A stretch of DNA of 64,000 nucleotides from an uncultured Candidatus Saccharibacteria bacterium (GCA_964602665.1 CAZRRH010000002.1:62171-126170); one strand, 5' to 3'. Shown: positions 1-9,427, counted from the stretch's first letter. Translations and numbers: made by a program. Notes: a model not told the origin generated them from the sequence alone.

Positions 1-41
1 TCTGTGGATGTTTTGCAAGGACTAAATTATTAACTCCAGAA

Positions 42-830
42 TTGCTAAATGCTGTTAAATCTCGAGGTGACGAATCAAATAATATTCCTAATGGCTTAAC
101 TGCATATGTAGGGAAATACTTTAAGCTTAATAAACCCGCCAATTTTACAGTTACGGGGGAAACAGATAGTGGAATTGATTTAACAAGAGATGATGATAAT
201 GCTGGCTTTAGTTATGCTTATGCCACAGGGTTTACTGGAAATTATACAGTCAAAAGTTGGGCCCAAAGAGCACTTACTGAATTTGCTTTGATACAAAATG
301 TGAGTATGACAGATGGAAACTCTCTGCCATCAGAAATTTCTGGTCATACTATACAAGAATTTGGTTTTACAGGAAATCTTTGGAATGTTCCTGTAAAGGG
401 AAAAATAACAGTTGGAATTTATGAAGCACCATATTATGGTGTTGGGACAAGATATTCATCAGCTTTTTGGGCGATACAAATCGCTGAAAGTTCAAATTGG
501 GAAGGAGCCTCTTCAACCTTGCAGCTTATACAAGACAGCTTTCAGATAATAGATATTGGCGCAACAAGGAAAAATACTTTATTGCCTTCAAATAGACCAA
601 TGGAGAGTAGTGGATCATCAATAACATCAAAAAGTAGTAGTTATTCATCGGCGCTTGACGATGAGTCTAGTGAAAATTGGGCAGAAGGTATGCGAGGTTA
701 CGAGACAGTTTCGTCTCCTAGCACAGGTCAATCTTATGATGTGCCACTTAACTCGTGGAGTTCATATGGACCAGAAGGTCCTGGCTATTATAGACAATTA
801 CCGGATAATTCTGTAGAAAAATTAAATTAA
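42..830 (+). CDS. hypothetical protein with a Ser-rich C-terminus; may be 5'-partial
   Basis: The ORF track calls 262 aa from a TTG start. No in-frame stop occurs upstream to base 3, so the true start may lie outside the window. No motif recognised. Confidence 0.35.
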   Translation: MLNAVKSRGDESNNIPNGLTAYVGKYFKLNKPANFTVTGETDSGIDLTRDDDNAGFSYAYATGFTGNYTVKSWAQRALTEFALIQNVSMTDGNSLPSEISGHTIQEFGFTGNLWNVPVKGKITVGIYEAPYYGVGTRYSSAFWAIQIAESSNWEGASSTLQLIQDSFQIIDIGATRKNTLLPSNRPMESSGSSITSKSSSYSSALDDESSENWAEGMRGYETVSSPSTGQSYDVPLNSWSSYGPEGPGYYRQLPDNSVEKLN

Positions 831-845
831 TTATTTAGAGAGAAA

Positions 846-1829
846 ATGGTAAAGAAAACAAAGATAATTATAGCAGTAATTGCGGTAGTCGTATTGTGTG
901 CGTCATGTTCTATTGGGACAATCATTTACAGACAAATTAAAGGTAAAGGAGGTAGTGGCTCATTAACAAAAATTGGAGGTTATAAAGCAGATGAAATAAC
1001 TCAAATAAAAGATTTTTCTGCAGTTACGGATGGTCAGGAGCTTATTTTAATGGGAAAAATCGCTGGACTTGCCTTTAATAGCCAAGATTCCAAGACATAT
1101 AGCTTAGAAATGGCTGATTATGTGACTCTTTTTATAGAAAGTAACCTATCTACAGAGCTGAAAAAAGACGACTTCGTTATTGTAGAAGGCACATGGATTT
1201 CTACAAGCTACACTTTAAAAGCAACGAAAATCACAAAAATTACTCAAGAAGATTATGAAGACATGCAAAAAGCTAATATGCCGCAGCTAAAAATTGAGAT
1301 AATAGATTATCCGACAGCTTTAAATCATAGTTGTGCTAAGACTTTTTTTAAACTAAAACTTACAAATATTGGCAATATTCCAATCGACCACTCAAAGATT
1401 TATGACTACGAGTATGGATATGGATTTTATTACTTTGTAGATGGTGAATATAGCAAATCTTACTCATATGATGAATCAAGAGGAGAAATTGCGCATCTTG
1501 GTCTTAAGGATTTTGGCGTATTAAATCCGGGTGATAGCAAAGAGGTCGAATTTGGCGGAGGTGGTCATGTTGTTCAGACTTTATATAAAGATTATTATTA
1601 CGACGACGGTAGAAGAAGAGAGCTTGGTGGATCAGGAGAAGGAAATTTATTGCAAAACAAGGGAATAGGTGAGCATCAAGTGCATTTTGGCTGGGCAAAA
1701 GATAGGGGAGATTTATCAGCACCTGATAAACCTATGTTTTTATATGAAACTGAACCTGTTAAAATATCTTTATCTAAAGATGAATGCGATATGACAGATA
1801 TTCACCAGACTGTCATTTCAGAATTGTAA
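846..1829 (+). CDS. membrane-anchored hypothetical protein
   Basis: A 327-aa ORF sits 16 bp after the upstream stop. It has an N-terminal hydrophobic anchor (IIIAVIAVVVLCASC) and a Gly/Tyr-rich extracellular part. No enzymatic motif recognised. Confidence 0.45.
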   Translation: MVKKTKIIIAVIAVVVLCASCSIGTIIYRQIKGKGGSGSLTKIGGYKADEITQIKDFSAVTDGQELILMGKIAGLAFNSQDSKTYSLEMADYVTLFIESNLSTELKKDDFVIVEGTWISTSYTLKATKITKITQEDYEDMQKANMPQLKIEIIDYPTALNHSCAKTFFKLKLTNIGNIPIDHSKIYDYEYGYGFYYFVDGEYSKSYSYDESRGEIAHLGLKDFGVLNPGDSKEVEFGGGGHVVQTLYKDYYYDDGRRRELGGSGEGNLLQNKGIGEHQVHFGWAKDRGDLSAPDKPMFLYETEPVKISLSKDECDMTDIHQTVISEL

Positions 1830-1872
1830 GAATCTTGCATTTTATCTTGCAAAAAAGTTATAAATAGAATAA

Positions 1873-1895
1873 TATATACCCAGGGAGGGTATATA
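1873..1895. promoter_or_regulatory. inverted repeat TATATACCC-N5-GGGTATATA about 20 bp upstream of the 1914 start
   Basis: Perfect 9-bp arms read directly from the sequence. Candidate operator or -10 overlapping element. Confidence 0.25.
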
Positions 1896-1913
1896 AATTT
1901 AATTGTAAAAATA

Positions 1914-3407
1914 ATGAAAAAACTGATACTAATCCTTATACCGACCGCTCTTTTGTTGTCTTCACCGATGATGATCAGCGCTCAAACAGGTACTAACAAT
2001 GTAGACTCTTATTCGCAGGAGTTAGAGACTCAACTAATGCTAGAGATGCCTCCTGTCACAGAGAATCCAAGTCACGCGATAATTTTTAAGGATCCTAGTG
2101 GAAAAGGTGTCTCGATTGTTATTGATGGTAAGGATTATGGCACTATTACAAGCCCTTATAGTCTCCCTACTTTAGGAATTGGTAAGCATACTATTGAGCT
2201 AAGCTTCAAAGATGAGGAAGAGGTCTCTCAAAAGGTCTTAAAAGATATTGTCATTATACCAAGACCACCTCGAATTGATACTCCAAAAATTATTGGAAAT
2301 AAAGTAAATCTTGCCGGTACAGGAGTCGCTGGCGGGTCAATAGAGGTTTTTATTTCAGGAGGACTATCTAATTATCGCAAAGAGGCGGAAATTAATATAA
2401 ATGGCATGTGGGAGCTTGCAATAACTGAAGACTTATTAGATGAGAAATATACTGTTATTGCGATCACTCGCAAAAATGGTTTCGCAAGCAAATATAGTGA
2501 GCCCGTCAATTTTGAGATCAGTATAAATGGAGGTCAAACAGAGGCAGAAAATCCTGTCGTTAGTGTGGCAGCAACGGACATTGAGAATATGAGCATAGAA
2601 GAGCTGATAGATTACATAATTAATTCTCAAAAGCTTCTGATAACTTCTGGGGTTCTTCTTTTAATCGGTATTTTGCTCGGCGTTTTACTTAAATTCTTAT
2701 TTACGGATAACAGCACTCGTAAAGTCGAAAGCTTGTTAAAAAACTCTCTCGGTCTTGGCAACAAAAGCCCTCAAGTCAATACAGAAAAAGTATTGCCGAA
2801 GAAAAAAGAAGAAGAAGTATGTTTTCCTGTCGATGAGGTTAAATCTATCAAAGATAAACTTGAACATGGACTTAGAAAAGATAGCGAAAAACCAGTCTTA
2901 AATGAGGTTGTTATATTAGATACCGCCACTCAGAAGAAGGAGTCGAAGGAATCTGTGGTTAAAAAAGAAGTTGTCAAAAATGATCAAAAAGATGTTGAGT
3001 CAAAACCTATTGAAGTTGCCCATGAAGAAGCAAAAACTGAGGAAGAACCAGTTGTGGCTGTTTTAGAGACCAAAGAGGAAGAAAAAACTGAGAAAATTAA
3101 GAAAATAAGCTTTTTTGATAAATTAAAAAAGAGGATTGGTACAAAGAAAGAGAAGATGGGAACAAAAATAGCTCCAGAAATAGCTCCTAATCTTATTGAA
3201 GAGGAAAATTTTGAACTTAAACCTTCGCTTGATGATTCTTTCGCTGATGAGAACGAGAATAAAGAAGAAGATGAGAAACCTAGTGAAGATATGCTCGCAA
3301 GCTTTCTTGATAATTTGTCCAAGAATAACAGTGAGAAATCGGATTCCGAAGTTGTAAACAAAGAAAAAGTTAAGAAGGACAAGACCAAAAAGAAGAAAAA
3401 GAAATAA
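1914..3407 (+). CDS. secreted, TM-anchored surface protein with an Ig-like ectodomain and a Lys/Glu-rich cytoplasmic tail
   Basis: There is a signal peptide (LLLSSPMMISAQT) and one TM helix (LLITSGVLLLIGILLGVLL). About 230 aa of low-complexity K/E-rich tail follows, ending KKDKTKKKKKK. The opposite-strand ORF 2984..3466 is an artefact of purine-rich codons. Confidence 0.5.
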   Translation: MKKLILILIPTALLLSSPMMISAQTGTNNVDSYSQELETQLMLEMPPVTENPSHAIIFKDPSGKGVSIVIDGKDYGTITSPYSLPTLGIGKHTIELSFKDEEEVSQKVLKDIVIIPRPPRIDTPKIIGNKVNLAGTGVAGGSIEVFISGGLSNYRKEAEININGMWELAITEDLLDEKYTVIAITRKNGFASKYSEPVNFEISINGGQTEAENPVVSVAATDIENMSIEELIDYIINSQKLLITSGVLLLIGILLGVLLKFLFTDNSTRKVESLLKNSLGLGNKSPQVNTEKVLPKKKEEEVCFPVDEVKSIKDKLEHGLRKDSEKPVLNEVVILDTATQKKESKESVVKKEVVKNDQKDVESKPIEVAHEEAKTEEEPVVAVLETKEEEKTEKIKKISFFDKLKKRIGTKKEKMGTKIAPEIAPNLIEEENFELKPSLDDSFADENENKEEDEKPSEDMLASFLDNLSKNNSEKSDSEVVNKEKVKKDKTKKKKKK

Positions 3408-3420
3408 GTGCTATTAAATC

Positions 3421-3533
3421 TGCCAAAGGAGGGACTTGAACCCTCACCCCTCCGTTTAACAGGCAATTATTACCTACTAAACGGAGGGACTGCGTTCTGA
3501 ACACAGCGTGTCTGCCAATTCCACCACTTTGGC
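3421..3533 (-). tRNA. tRNA-Leu(CAG) with an unusually long variable arm (about 44 nt)
   Basis: Manual fold of the minus strand gives acceptor GCCAAAG/CTTTGGC with discriminator A. The D-arm is identical to the tRNA-Leu(TAA) at 6143. The anticodon stem is CTGTG/CGCAG with loop TTCAGAA, so the anticodon is CAG. The T-arm is GAGGG-TTCAAGT-CCCTC. The variable region contains a perfect 11-bp stem, CCCTCCGTTTA/TAAACGGAGGG. Confidence 0.65.
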
Positions 3534-3535
3534 TT

Positions 3536-5296
3536 TTAAATCTTATCCCAGTAAACAATATTATCAAATCTATCCGAGGGAACAGCCATATATTCTTGCT
3601 CTGGTATTATAACATTTTTTGATATAAAAAAGGAATAAGTAGGGTTGTATAAGAACAAAACAGGTGCATCAGACATAAAATATTTCTGAAAGAGCTGATA
3701 ATACTCTTTTCGCCCTTTTTCGCCATTAATTTTCGTTGTCATTCTAGCCATCTCAAGCAAAAGGTCGATCCTTTTTGATTTCTCTGTTGGGCCAGAGATA
3801 TTTAGATTAGGGTAGTCGCTTTTTAGTGAGTGCCACAAATTATATTGATCCGGATCAATTGTAGTTTCAATTTCAAACAATAACATCTGAAAATCTCTGT
3901 TTGGAAGGATTTCTCTTATTAATTGATCATATGTTTTTTTGCCACTATCAATGTCAAGGATAATGCCATTTTGCATAAGTTGTTGGCTTATATTTTGTGC
4001 AATCTTATTGTTTAATGGTGTATCAAGATATGTTAAAACAAAGCTTAATTGCTCTCCACTAGAGTTTTTATAGAAAGAGGTTTGTTCATCTTTTGTATAA
4101 CCGTATGATTTGAGATATGCATCGGCTTTTTCTGGTGAATATTCGTAAAATATTGAAGGATCATCAAGATAAGCCCAAGATTTTCTACTTATTGGGCCAT
4201 TTATTGGCATTGCCAAAACTCCCACATCGTTTATTAGCTCCTGTTTATCGATAAGATGGCTAATTGCTTGTCTTAAATATACACTTTTAAATTTATCTCG
4301 CGTGTTAAAGTAAATAAGACGATTTCTATTTGATAATTCTATGTCAATTTGTCTAAAATTTACACTGGCGTTGGCAAAATCAGCTTGATACAGATCAAGG
4401 TTTGAGACAATATCAACTTTATTATTAAAATATGCGGTTAGAAGATCTTCATAACTGCTGTATATCCTAAATTCGTAGAAATCTATGTTCGGTTTCACGA
4501 GATAATATTCAGATGGAACAAGTGTTATAGAGTAGCCATTGTTTTGAGCTATCCTATAAGGACCTGAGCCAACAGGTTTATTATTTAACCAAGAATACTC
4601 GAGGATATTGACATCTGATTGTTCAAAATAGTGCTGTGGCACAATATACTGCGCTATAACTTCGAAAATTGTGGCGTTTTGCTCTTTTAATGTGAATTTA
4701 ATAGTGTAATCATCAATAACATCTATTGTAATACCTTCCATAGCTGTTCCAATTGTATTGATACCGTTTTTATCTGATAAGTAAATAGCCGTGTCAAAGG
4801 TGTATTTTACATCAGAAGCTGTTAACTTCTCACCATCACTAAAAAAAATATCGTCTCTTAGGTAAAAAGTATAAACTTTATCTTGCTCTATTCTCCATCT
4901 TGTCGCGATTGATGGGCGAGGATTACCATTTTCATCAATTTTTATTAATTTTTGAAATACAAGTGCCTGTACATCTTTATCTGTTTGACTTCTTGTGATA
5001 AATATCGGATTAAGATTTGAAATGGTGCCCAAAGTTCCCTCTGATATGCTCTTTTTTTCAGCATAAATCTGTGGAGGATTTTCTAGGCTTGATTTGATAT
5101 TGCCATAAGACAAAAAGAATATTATTGTTAGTAGCGTATATATTATTATGCTACTTAAAGGGGTTAATTTAACAATGTACTTTGCTAGAATTGTAGGATA
5201 ATCCCATAAAAAATCTCTAAATGTGCGCTTTTTATCAGACAAGATCTCTTCATATACTTCTTCTGAGATCTCTACTCTGTTTTGCAGGTAGTTCAT
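3536..5296 (-). CDS. ABC transporter substrate-binding protein, family 5 (oligopeptide/nickel-binding type), membrane-anchored
   Basis: The 586-aa protein has an N-terminal TM anchor. An SBP_bac_5-like block is present (ATRWRIEQDKVYTFYLRDDIFFSDGEKLTASDVKYTFD). Confidence 0.55.
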   Translation of the reverse strand: MNYLQNRVEISEEVYEEILSDKKRTFRDFLWDYPTILAKYIVKLTPLSSIIIYTLLTIIFFLSYGNIKSSLENPPQIYAEKKSISEGTLGTISNLNPIFITRSQTDKDVQALVFQKLIKIDENGNPRPSIATRWRIEQDKVYTFYLRDDIFFSDGEKLTASDVKYTFDTAIYLSDKNGINTIGTAMEGITIDVIDDYTIKFTLKEQNATIFEVIAQYIVPQHYFEQSDVNILEYSWLNNKPVGSGPYRIAQNNGYSITLVPSEYYLVKPNIDFYEFRIYSSYEDLLTAYFNNKVDIVSNLDLYQADFANASVNFRQIDIELSNRNRLIYFNTRDKFKSVYLRQAISHLIDKQELINDVGVLAMPINGPISRKSWAYLDDPSIFYEYSPEKADAYLKSYGYTKDEQTSFYKNSSGEQLSFVLTYLDTPLNNKIAQNISQQLMQNGIILDIDSGKKTYDQLIREILPNRDFQMLLFEIETTIDPDQYNLWHSLKSDYPNLNISGPTEKSKRIDLLLEMARMTTKINGEKGRKEYYQLFQKYFMSDAPVLFLYNPTYSFFISKNVIIPEQEYMAVPSDRFDNIVYWDKI

Positions 5297-5521
5297 TTAG
5301 CTTAGTTTTACAATAAAATAAGACAAAAACGCCCAGAAAATAGCTAAAATTATAGTTGCATAATATAAGAATTTCTCAAGTCCTCTCCTTGTTCTAAAAA
5401 CTTCTCCACCTCCGCCAAACATTTTGCCAAGTCCTTCGGCTCTGTTTTGTAGAAGAACTGATATTATAAGGAAAACTGATACAATAATTTCCGTGATCAT
5501 TAAAATGTCTCGTGTATTCAT
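5297..5521 (-). CDS. secG: preprotein translocase subunit SecG
   Basis: This 74-aa two-TM protein carries the SecG signature LLQNRAEGLGKMFGGGGEVFRTRRGLEKFL. Confidence 0.6.
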   Translation of the reverse strand: MNTRDILMITEIIVSVFLIISVLLQNRAEGLGKMFGGGGEVFRTRRGLEKFLYYATIILAIFWAFLSYFIVKLS

Positions 5522-5523
5522 AG

Positions 5524-5931
5524 TTAGTTTTTTAAGAAATTAAGAAAAGAGATGAATAATGAAACCGCAAAGCCAACAATAATCAAATTAAATGGCATAT
5601 CCAGTGCTGTTTCTTTTATAATTATGCTTCCAATAGACATAGTATTTATTATAAGAGGATCAATTAAAAATCCAGGAAGTAATGTTTGAGCAAGGAAAAG
5701 TGCAATACTAATGCAAACTGTGCTTGCCAGAATATAAGTTAAAAAATTGTTCCTTATTGTCAGAAAGCGAAGTAGGTTTCCCGCAAATGATAAAGACAGA
5801 GTAATCATAAGTAAAAAAGCTATAAAATATCCAGTTGATGTAGGTAACGTAATATTTGGGAAGAAGGATATTACCAAATAAGAAATCGCTGATTGAATTA
5901 TCAGATTATATAGAACTCTTTTAATGTTCAT
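5524..5931 (-). CDS. small polytopic membrane protein, unknown function
   Basis: 135 aa, four predicted TM helices, no motif. Directly upstream of secG. Confidence 0.4.
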   Translation of the reverse strand: MNIKRVLYNLIIQSAISYLVISFFPNITLPTSTGYFIAFLLMITLSLSFAGNLLRFLTIRNNFLTYILASTVCISIALFLAQTLLPGFLIDPLIINTMSIGSIIIKETALDMPFNLIIVGFAVSLFISFLNFLKN

Positions 5932-6027
5932 ACTTGCAAGTATACATCATTTTGAGCTTTTATGCAAAATAGTGTATAATTAGCTATCACTAGAAGCTAC
6001 TAAATAGCAACCAAACTTTTTTAATAA

Positions 6028-6100
6028 GGTGATGTAGCCAAGTTGGTTAAGGCCGCAGTCTGCAAAACTGCTACCGTGGGTTCGAATCCCGCCATCACCT
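6028..6100 (+). tRNA. tRNA-Cys(GCA)
   Basis: Cloverleaf: acceptor GGTGATG/CATCACC, anticodon stem GCAGT/ACTGC with loop CTGCAAA, T-arm GTGGG-TTCGAAT-CCCGC. Confidence 0.8.
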
Positions 6101-6142
6101 ATTATTGAAAAAAGTTCGTTGTTTTGGTAGAATCTACACATT

Positions 6143-6226
6143 GCCGGGGTGGTGGAATTGGCAGACACGCAGGACTTAAAATCCTGTTCTAGAAATAGAG
6201 TGCGGGTTCGATCCCCGCCCTCGGCA
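6143..6226 (+). tRNA. tRNA-Leu(TAA)
   Basis: Cloverleaf: acceptor GCCGGGG/CCTCGGC, anticodon stem CAGGA/TCCTG with loop CTTAAAA, a 15-nt variable arm, T-arm GCGGG-TTCGATC-CCCGC. Confidence 0.85.
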
Positions 6227-6273
6227 GTAGGATTTTACACGGGATTCTTAATTAAGAGATGGCTTCTGTAATA

Positions 6274-7011
6274 TTAGTCTAGGTCTTCAAATTTGTCTGG
6301 GGAGCTGTTCTTACATCTTGGACATGAAAGTATTTTCATAGGTTTCTCAATAACTAATCCACAGATAAGACATTTTTTTCTACTCCATGATAAATAAAGA
6401 TCATCGTCGTGCTCTTTATCTGTCAGCAGAGGATCATTTAGTACATCCACAGGAGATAATTCTTTTTTAATAAAATCTAAGACAGTTTGAACAGTTTGAT
6501 CTAATGTTTGTTTAGAAGAATCAAGTACTAGGTCATAATATTTTTGTGGACTTTTATAGTCGACATTATATAAAGATAGATATCGGTTAGCATCAAGTTC
6601 GTATCTTCTGATTAAATCTTCTTTTGCTTTATCAAAATTTTGGTAAAGATCGCTTTTACTTTCTAACGTGCGTTTTGCCCGTGTATCAATATCACAATCT
6701 AGCCATATTTTTACTGTTTTAGGCATGTCAAATGGCAAAATTGTTGCTACAATTTTACTCTCAACTAATGTGTCACCTTCTTTTAACTTTGCAATAAGCA
6801 TTTGATCGACATCTTTATCGTATTTTATTACCTCTTCTTCGCTTTTACCTTCTAGAAAAGTATTGACATTTTCAAATCCCTCTTTCTGAGCAAATTCTCG
6901 CATCATCCCCCCACCGTAAAAACGAGGAAGATTAAGTCTCTCTGAGACAGCTTTAGCTACTGCAGATGAGCCACTACCTCCAGGACCACCGATAATAACA
7001 TTATATTTCAT
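6274..7011 (-). CDS. archaeal-type cytidylate (CMP) kinase family protein with a C-terminal Cys4 zinc-ribbon extension
   Basis: A P-loop is present (IIGGPGGSGSSAV). The segment GGGMMREFAQKEGF resembles the archaeal CMK substrate-binding region. About 70 extra aa follow, ending CLICG...CPRCKN. Confidence 0.5.
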   Translation of the reverse strand: MKYNVIIGGPGGSGSSAVAKAVSERLNLPRFYGGGMMREFAQKEGFENVNTFLEGKSEEEVIKYDKDVDQMLIAKLKEGDTLVESKIVATILPFDMPKTVKIWLDCDIDTRAKRTLESKSDLYQNFDKAKEDLIRRYELDANRYLSLYNVDYKSPQKYYDLVLDSSKQTLDQTVQTVLDFIKKELSPVDVLNDPLLTDKEHDDDLYLSWSRKKCLICGLVIEKPMKILSCPRCKNSSPDKFEDLD

Positions 7012-7058
7012 ATTAATGCTTTAATAATTTATATAAATGTTATACAATTGTACATTAT

Positions 7059-8264
7059 ATGGTCAAATTAGACAAGCGAGCCCAAAATAGAAGGCATATT
7101 AGTAAAAAAAATATAAAATTGAGCTCAGAGCAGATTTATATTATAGGTTTTGTCATTTTTATGACAATTATTGGTTCGCTTGAGATATTTAATGCAAGCG
7201 GATATCGTGCTTTAGTAACATCATTTGCTGATCAGTTCCATTTTTTAAAGTTACATATTATATGGGTCATTGTCGGAGTTAGTTTTGGTACGGCTCTTTT
7301 TTTTATATCACATAAAATCTGGCTTAAAATGTTTTGGGGCATATTTATTGTACAGACAATTATGCTTATAGGTGTACTTATTTTTGGCGTTACAATAAAC
7401 TCTGCCAAAAGATGGTTTAATCTTGGCCCGATTCCCTTGCAGCCAGCAGAATTTGCTAAATTGGGAACGATAATAATATTATCTGTTTTACTCTCAGGCA
7501 GCTATGCAAGCATTGACATATGGAAGCGCAAAATGTTTGGTTGGAGCAGGGAATTTGCAAATAAAGTTACTATTTTTGTTATATTTTTGGTCGTTACCCT
7601 TGTTTTAATATTGATAGAGCCTGATATGGGTACGACAATGGCTATTGGTGCTACCTCGATTATCATGTTCTTCTTGTCTTCAAACGAAGCTGATCATATA
7701 AAAAACAGTTTTCTTATGGCGCTTGTTTTGGTTTTAGTTTTAGGACTGGCTATGATACTAGAGCCTTATAGGATGACAAGAATTAAGACTTATGTTAATT
7801 TATTGACGACCGGTGAAGTCTCTGATGTGAATAAAAGTGGTCATCAGATAGAACAAATTTTAATAGGGGTTGGTAGCGGAGGATTTTGGGGCAAGGGGTT
7901 TGGACTTTCAAGACAAAAATATGGCTATTTAGTTGAGAATACTGCGTTTACTGATTCTACTGTTGCAATATTACTTGAAGAACTTGGGACTGTTTCTGGT
8001 ATAATACTTGTGACTGGTTGGCTTCTGTTCCTTATGAATGGATATAAGATAGCAACAAAAACGACAGATCCGCGGTCAAAACTGCTTGCTTACGGTATAA
8101 CGAGTTGGTTGGTAATACAAGCATTTATAAATATTGGGGCTAATCTCGCTTTGATACCTCTAACAGGGATTCCTTTGCCTTTTCTTACATATGGGGGATC
8201 AAGCACGATAGCAACATTTATGGGAATTGGGATTTTACTTAATATTTCAAGAGAAAGTATATGA
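7059..8264 (+). CDS. ftsW: SEDS-family peptidoglycan glycosyltransferase (FtsW/RodA)
   Basis: Conserved motifs are QPAEFAKLG, GTTMAIG, GSGGFWGKGFG...LVENTAFTDSTVAILLEELG and IPLTGIPLPFLTYGGSS. The TGA stop overlaps the murG ATG (ATGA). Confidence 0.8.
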   Translation: MVKLDKRAQNRRHISKKNIKLSSEQIYIIGFVIFMTIIGSLEIFNASGYRALVTSFADQFHFLKLHIIWVIVGVSFGTALFFISHKIWLKMFWGIFIVQTIMLIGVLIFGVTINSAKRWFNLGPIPLQPAEFAKLGTIIILSVLLSGSYASIDIWKRKMFGWSREFANKVTIFVIFLVVTLVLILIEPDMGTTMAIGATSIIMFFLSSNEADHIKNSFLMALVLVLVLGLAMILEPYRMTRIKTYVNLLTTGEVSDVNKSGHQIEQILIGVGSGGFWGKGFGLSRQKYGYLVENTAFTDSTVAILLEELGTVSGIILVTGWLLFLMNGYKIATKTTDPRSKLLAYGITSWLVIQAFINIGANLALIPLTGIPLPFLTYGGSSTIATFMGIGILLNISRESI

Positions 8265-9427
8265 AAATAATTGTTACAGGAGGAGGAAGTGGTGGCCATG
8301 TTTCACCCGCAGTTGCTGTTATAGAAAAGTTACAGGAAATAAAGGATTATGATATCTTATATATTGGAGGAAGGGCCGTTTCACAAAGCGTTTCTAATTC
8401 AATAAGCATTGAAGAGAAAATTTTTGCCAATAAAGATGTAAAAAAAGTGTTTATAAGAGGAGGTAAATTGCAAAGGAAATTTAGGTGGTCTAGTTTTAAA
8501 CTGCTTTTTGGCGTTTTTGGAGGATTTATAGATGCTTACAGGCAGATAAAGAAATTTTCGCCAGAGTTGATATTTTCTACGGGAGGATATGTAACAGTGC
8601 CTGTTTGTATTGTTGGTTGGCTAAAAAAAGTTCCAATATACATACATGAGCAAACCGCAGGAGTTGGGCTGACTAATCGAATAGTAGGCAAGATAGCGAC
8701 TAAAATCTTCATCTCATTTGAGCAGTCTGCAAAATATTTTGACTCAAAAAAAACAATTTTAGTCGGGAATATTGTAAGACCTGCTATTTTTAAAATAAAT
8801 TCTAAAACTGATTTGTCTAAGCAAATAGCTAAAATGAAAGAAATTCGTAAACCAATTGTATTTATAGCAGGTGGAGGGCAGGGCTCTCATTTTATAAATT
8901 TGCTAGTCAGACAGATGCTTATTTATGCACTTATGGATTTCCAAATTGTCTTGCAGACTGGCGAAAATGATCAGTACAAAGATTTTGATATTTTTATAAG
9001 AGAAAAGCTAAAATTATCAAGTAAATTATGTGATTCTTTCGTTCCAGTAAAGTATATATATGAAGACGACATTGGTTATGTTTTTAAAAATGCCGATGTC
9101 TATGTTGGCAGAGCAGGTGCAAATTATGTCTACGAAATGGGAATTTACCGCAAGCCATCTTTATTAATCCCTATCCCTTGGGTTACTAACAACGAGCAGG
9201 TTAAGAATGCACAGGTACTAGTTGATTGTGGTATAGGGAGGATTCTACCACAAGGTGAGCTTACTGCAGAGAAATTACATCAGGAAATAAAAAAGTTTCT
9301 TGGTGATCTGAACTCGGGCAAGATTGTTGCCAACGAATCCGAAATCACCAAGAATTTTAAGACAGATGCGTTAAATACGATTATTACTAATATTGAGAAT
9401 CGTAATAATCTTGTGTTCGGAAAATAA
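8261..9427 (+). CDS. murG: UDP-GlcNAc:lipid I N-acetylglucosaminyltransferase MurG
   Basis: The N-terminus is IIVTGGGSGGHVSPAVAV and the C-terminal GT28 domain carries a GRAGANYVYE motif. Translationally coupled to ftsW. Confidence 0.8.
   Translation: MKIIVTGGGSGGHVSPAVAVIEKLQEIKDYDILYIGGRAVSQSVSNSISIEEKIFANKDVKKVFIRGGKLQRKFRWSSFKLLFGVFGGFIDAYRQIKKFSPELIFSTGGYVTVPVCIVGWLKKVPIYIHEQTAGVGLTNRIVGKIATKIFISFEQSAKYFDSKKTILVGNIVRPAIFKINSKTDLSKQIAKMKEIRKPIVFIAGGGQGSHFINLLVRQMLIYALMDFQIVLQTGENDQYKDFDIFIREKLKLSSKLCDSFVPVKYIYEDDIGYVFKNADVYVGRAGANYVYEMGIYRKPSLLIPIPWVTNNEQVKNAQVLVDCGIGRILPQGELTAEKLHQEIKKFLGDLNSGKIVANESEITKNFKTDALNTIITNIENRNNLVFGK

Noticed and set aside
2984-3466. Antisense ORF of 160 aa within the 1914..3407 gene, and similar shadow ORFs (2436..2630, 11084..12040, 33100..33714, 34679..34891, 48384..48677, 58975..59463 and others)
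   Set aside because: They lie entirely inside strong, motif-supported genes on the other strand. They have low-complexity or hydrophobic composition typical of shadow ORFs in A/T-rich DNA.
3370-3567. Small ORFs overlapping tRNA genes (3370..3567, 5980..6168, 29730..29945, 29935..30156)
   Set aside because: The sequence folds into canonical tRNAs (Leu, Cys, Leu, Phe, Gly). The ORFs are artefacts.
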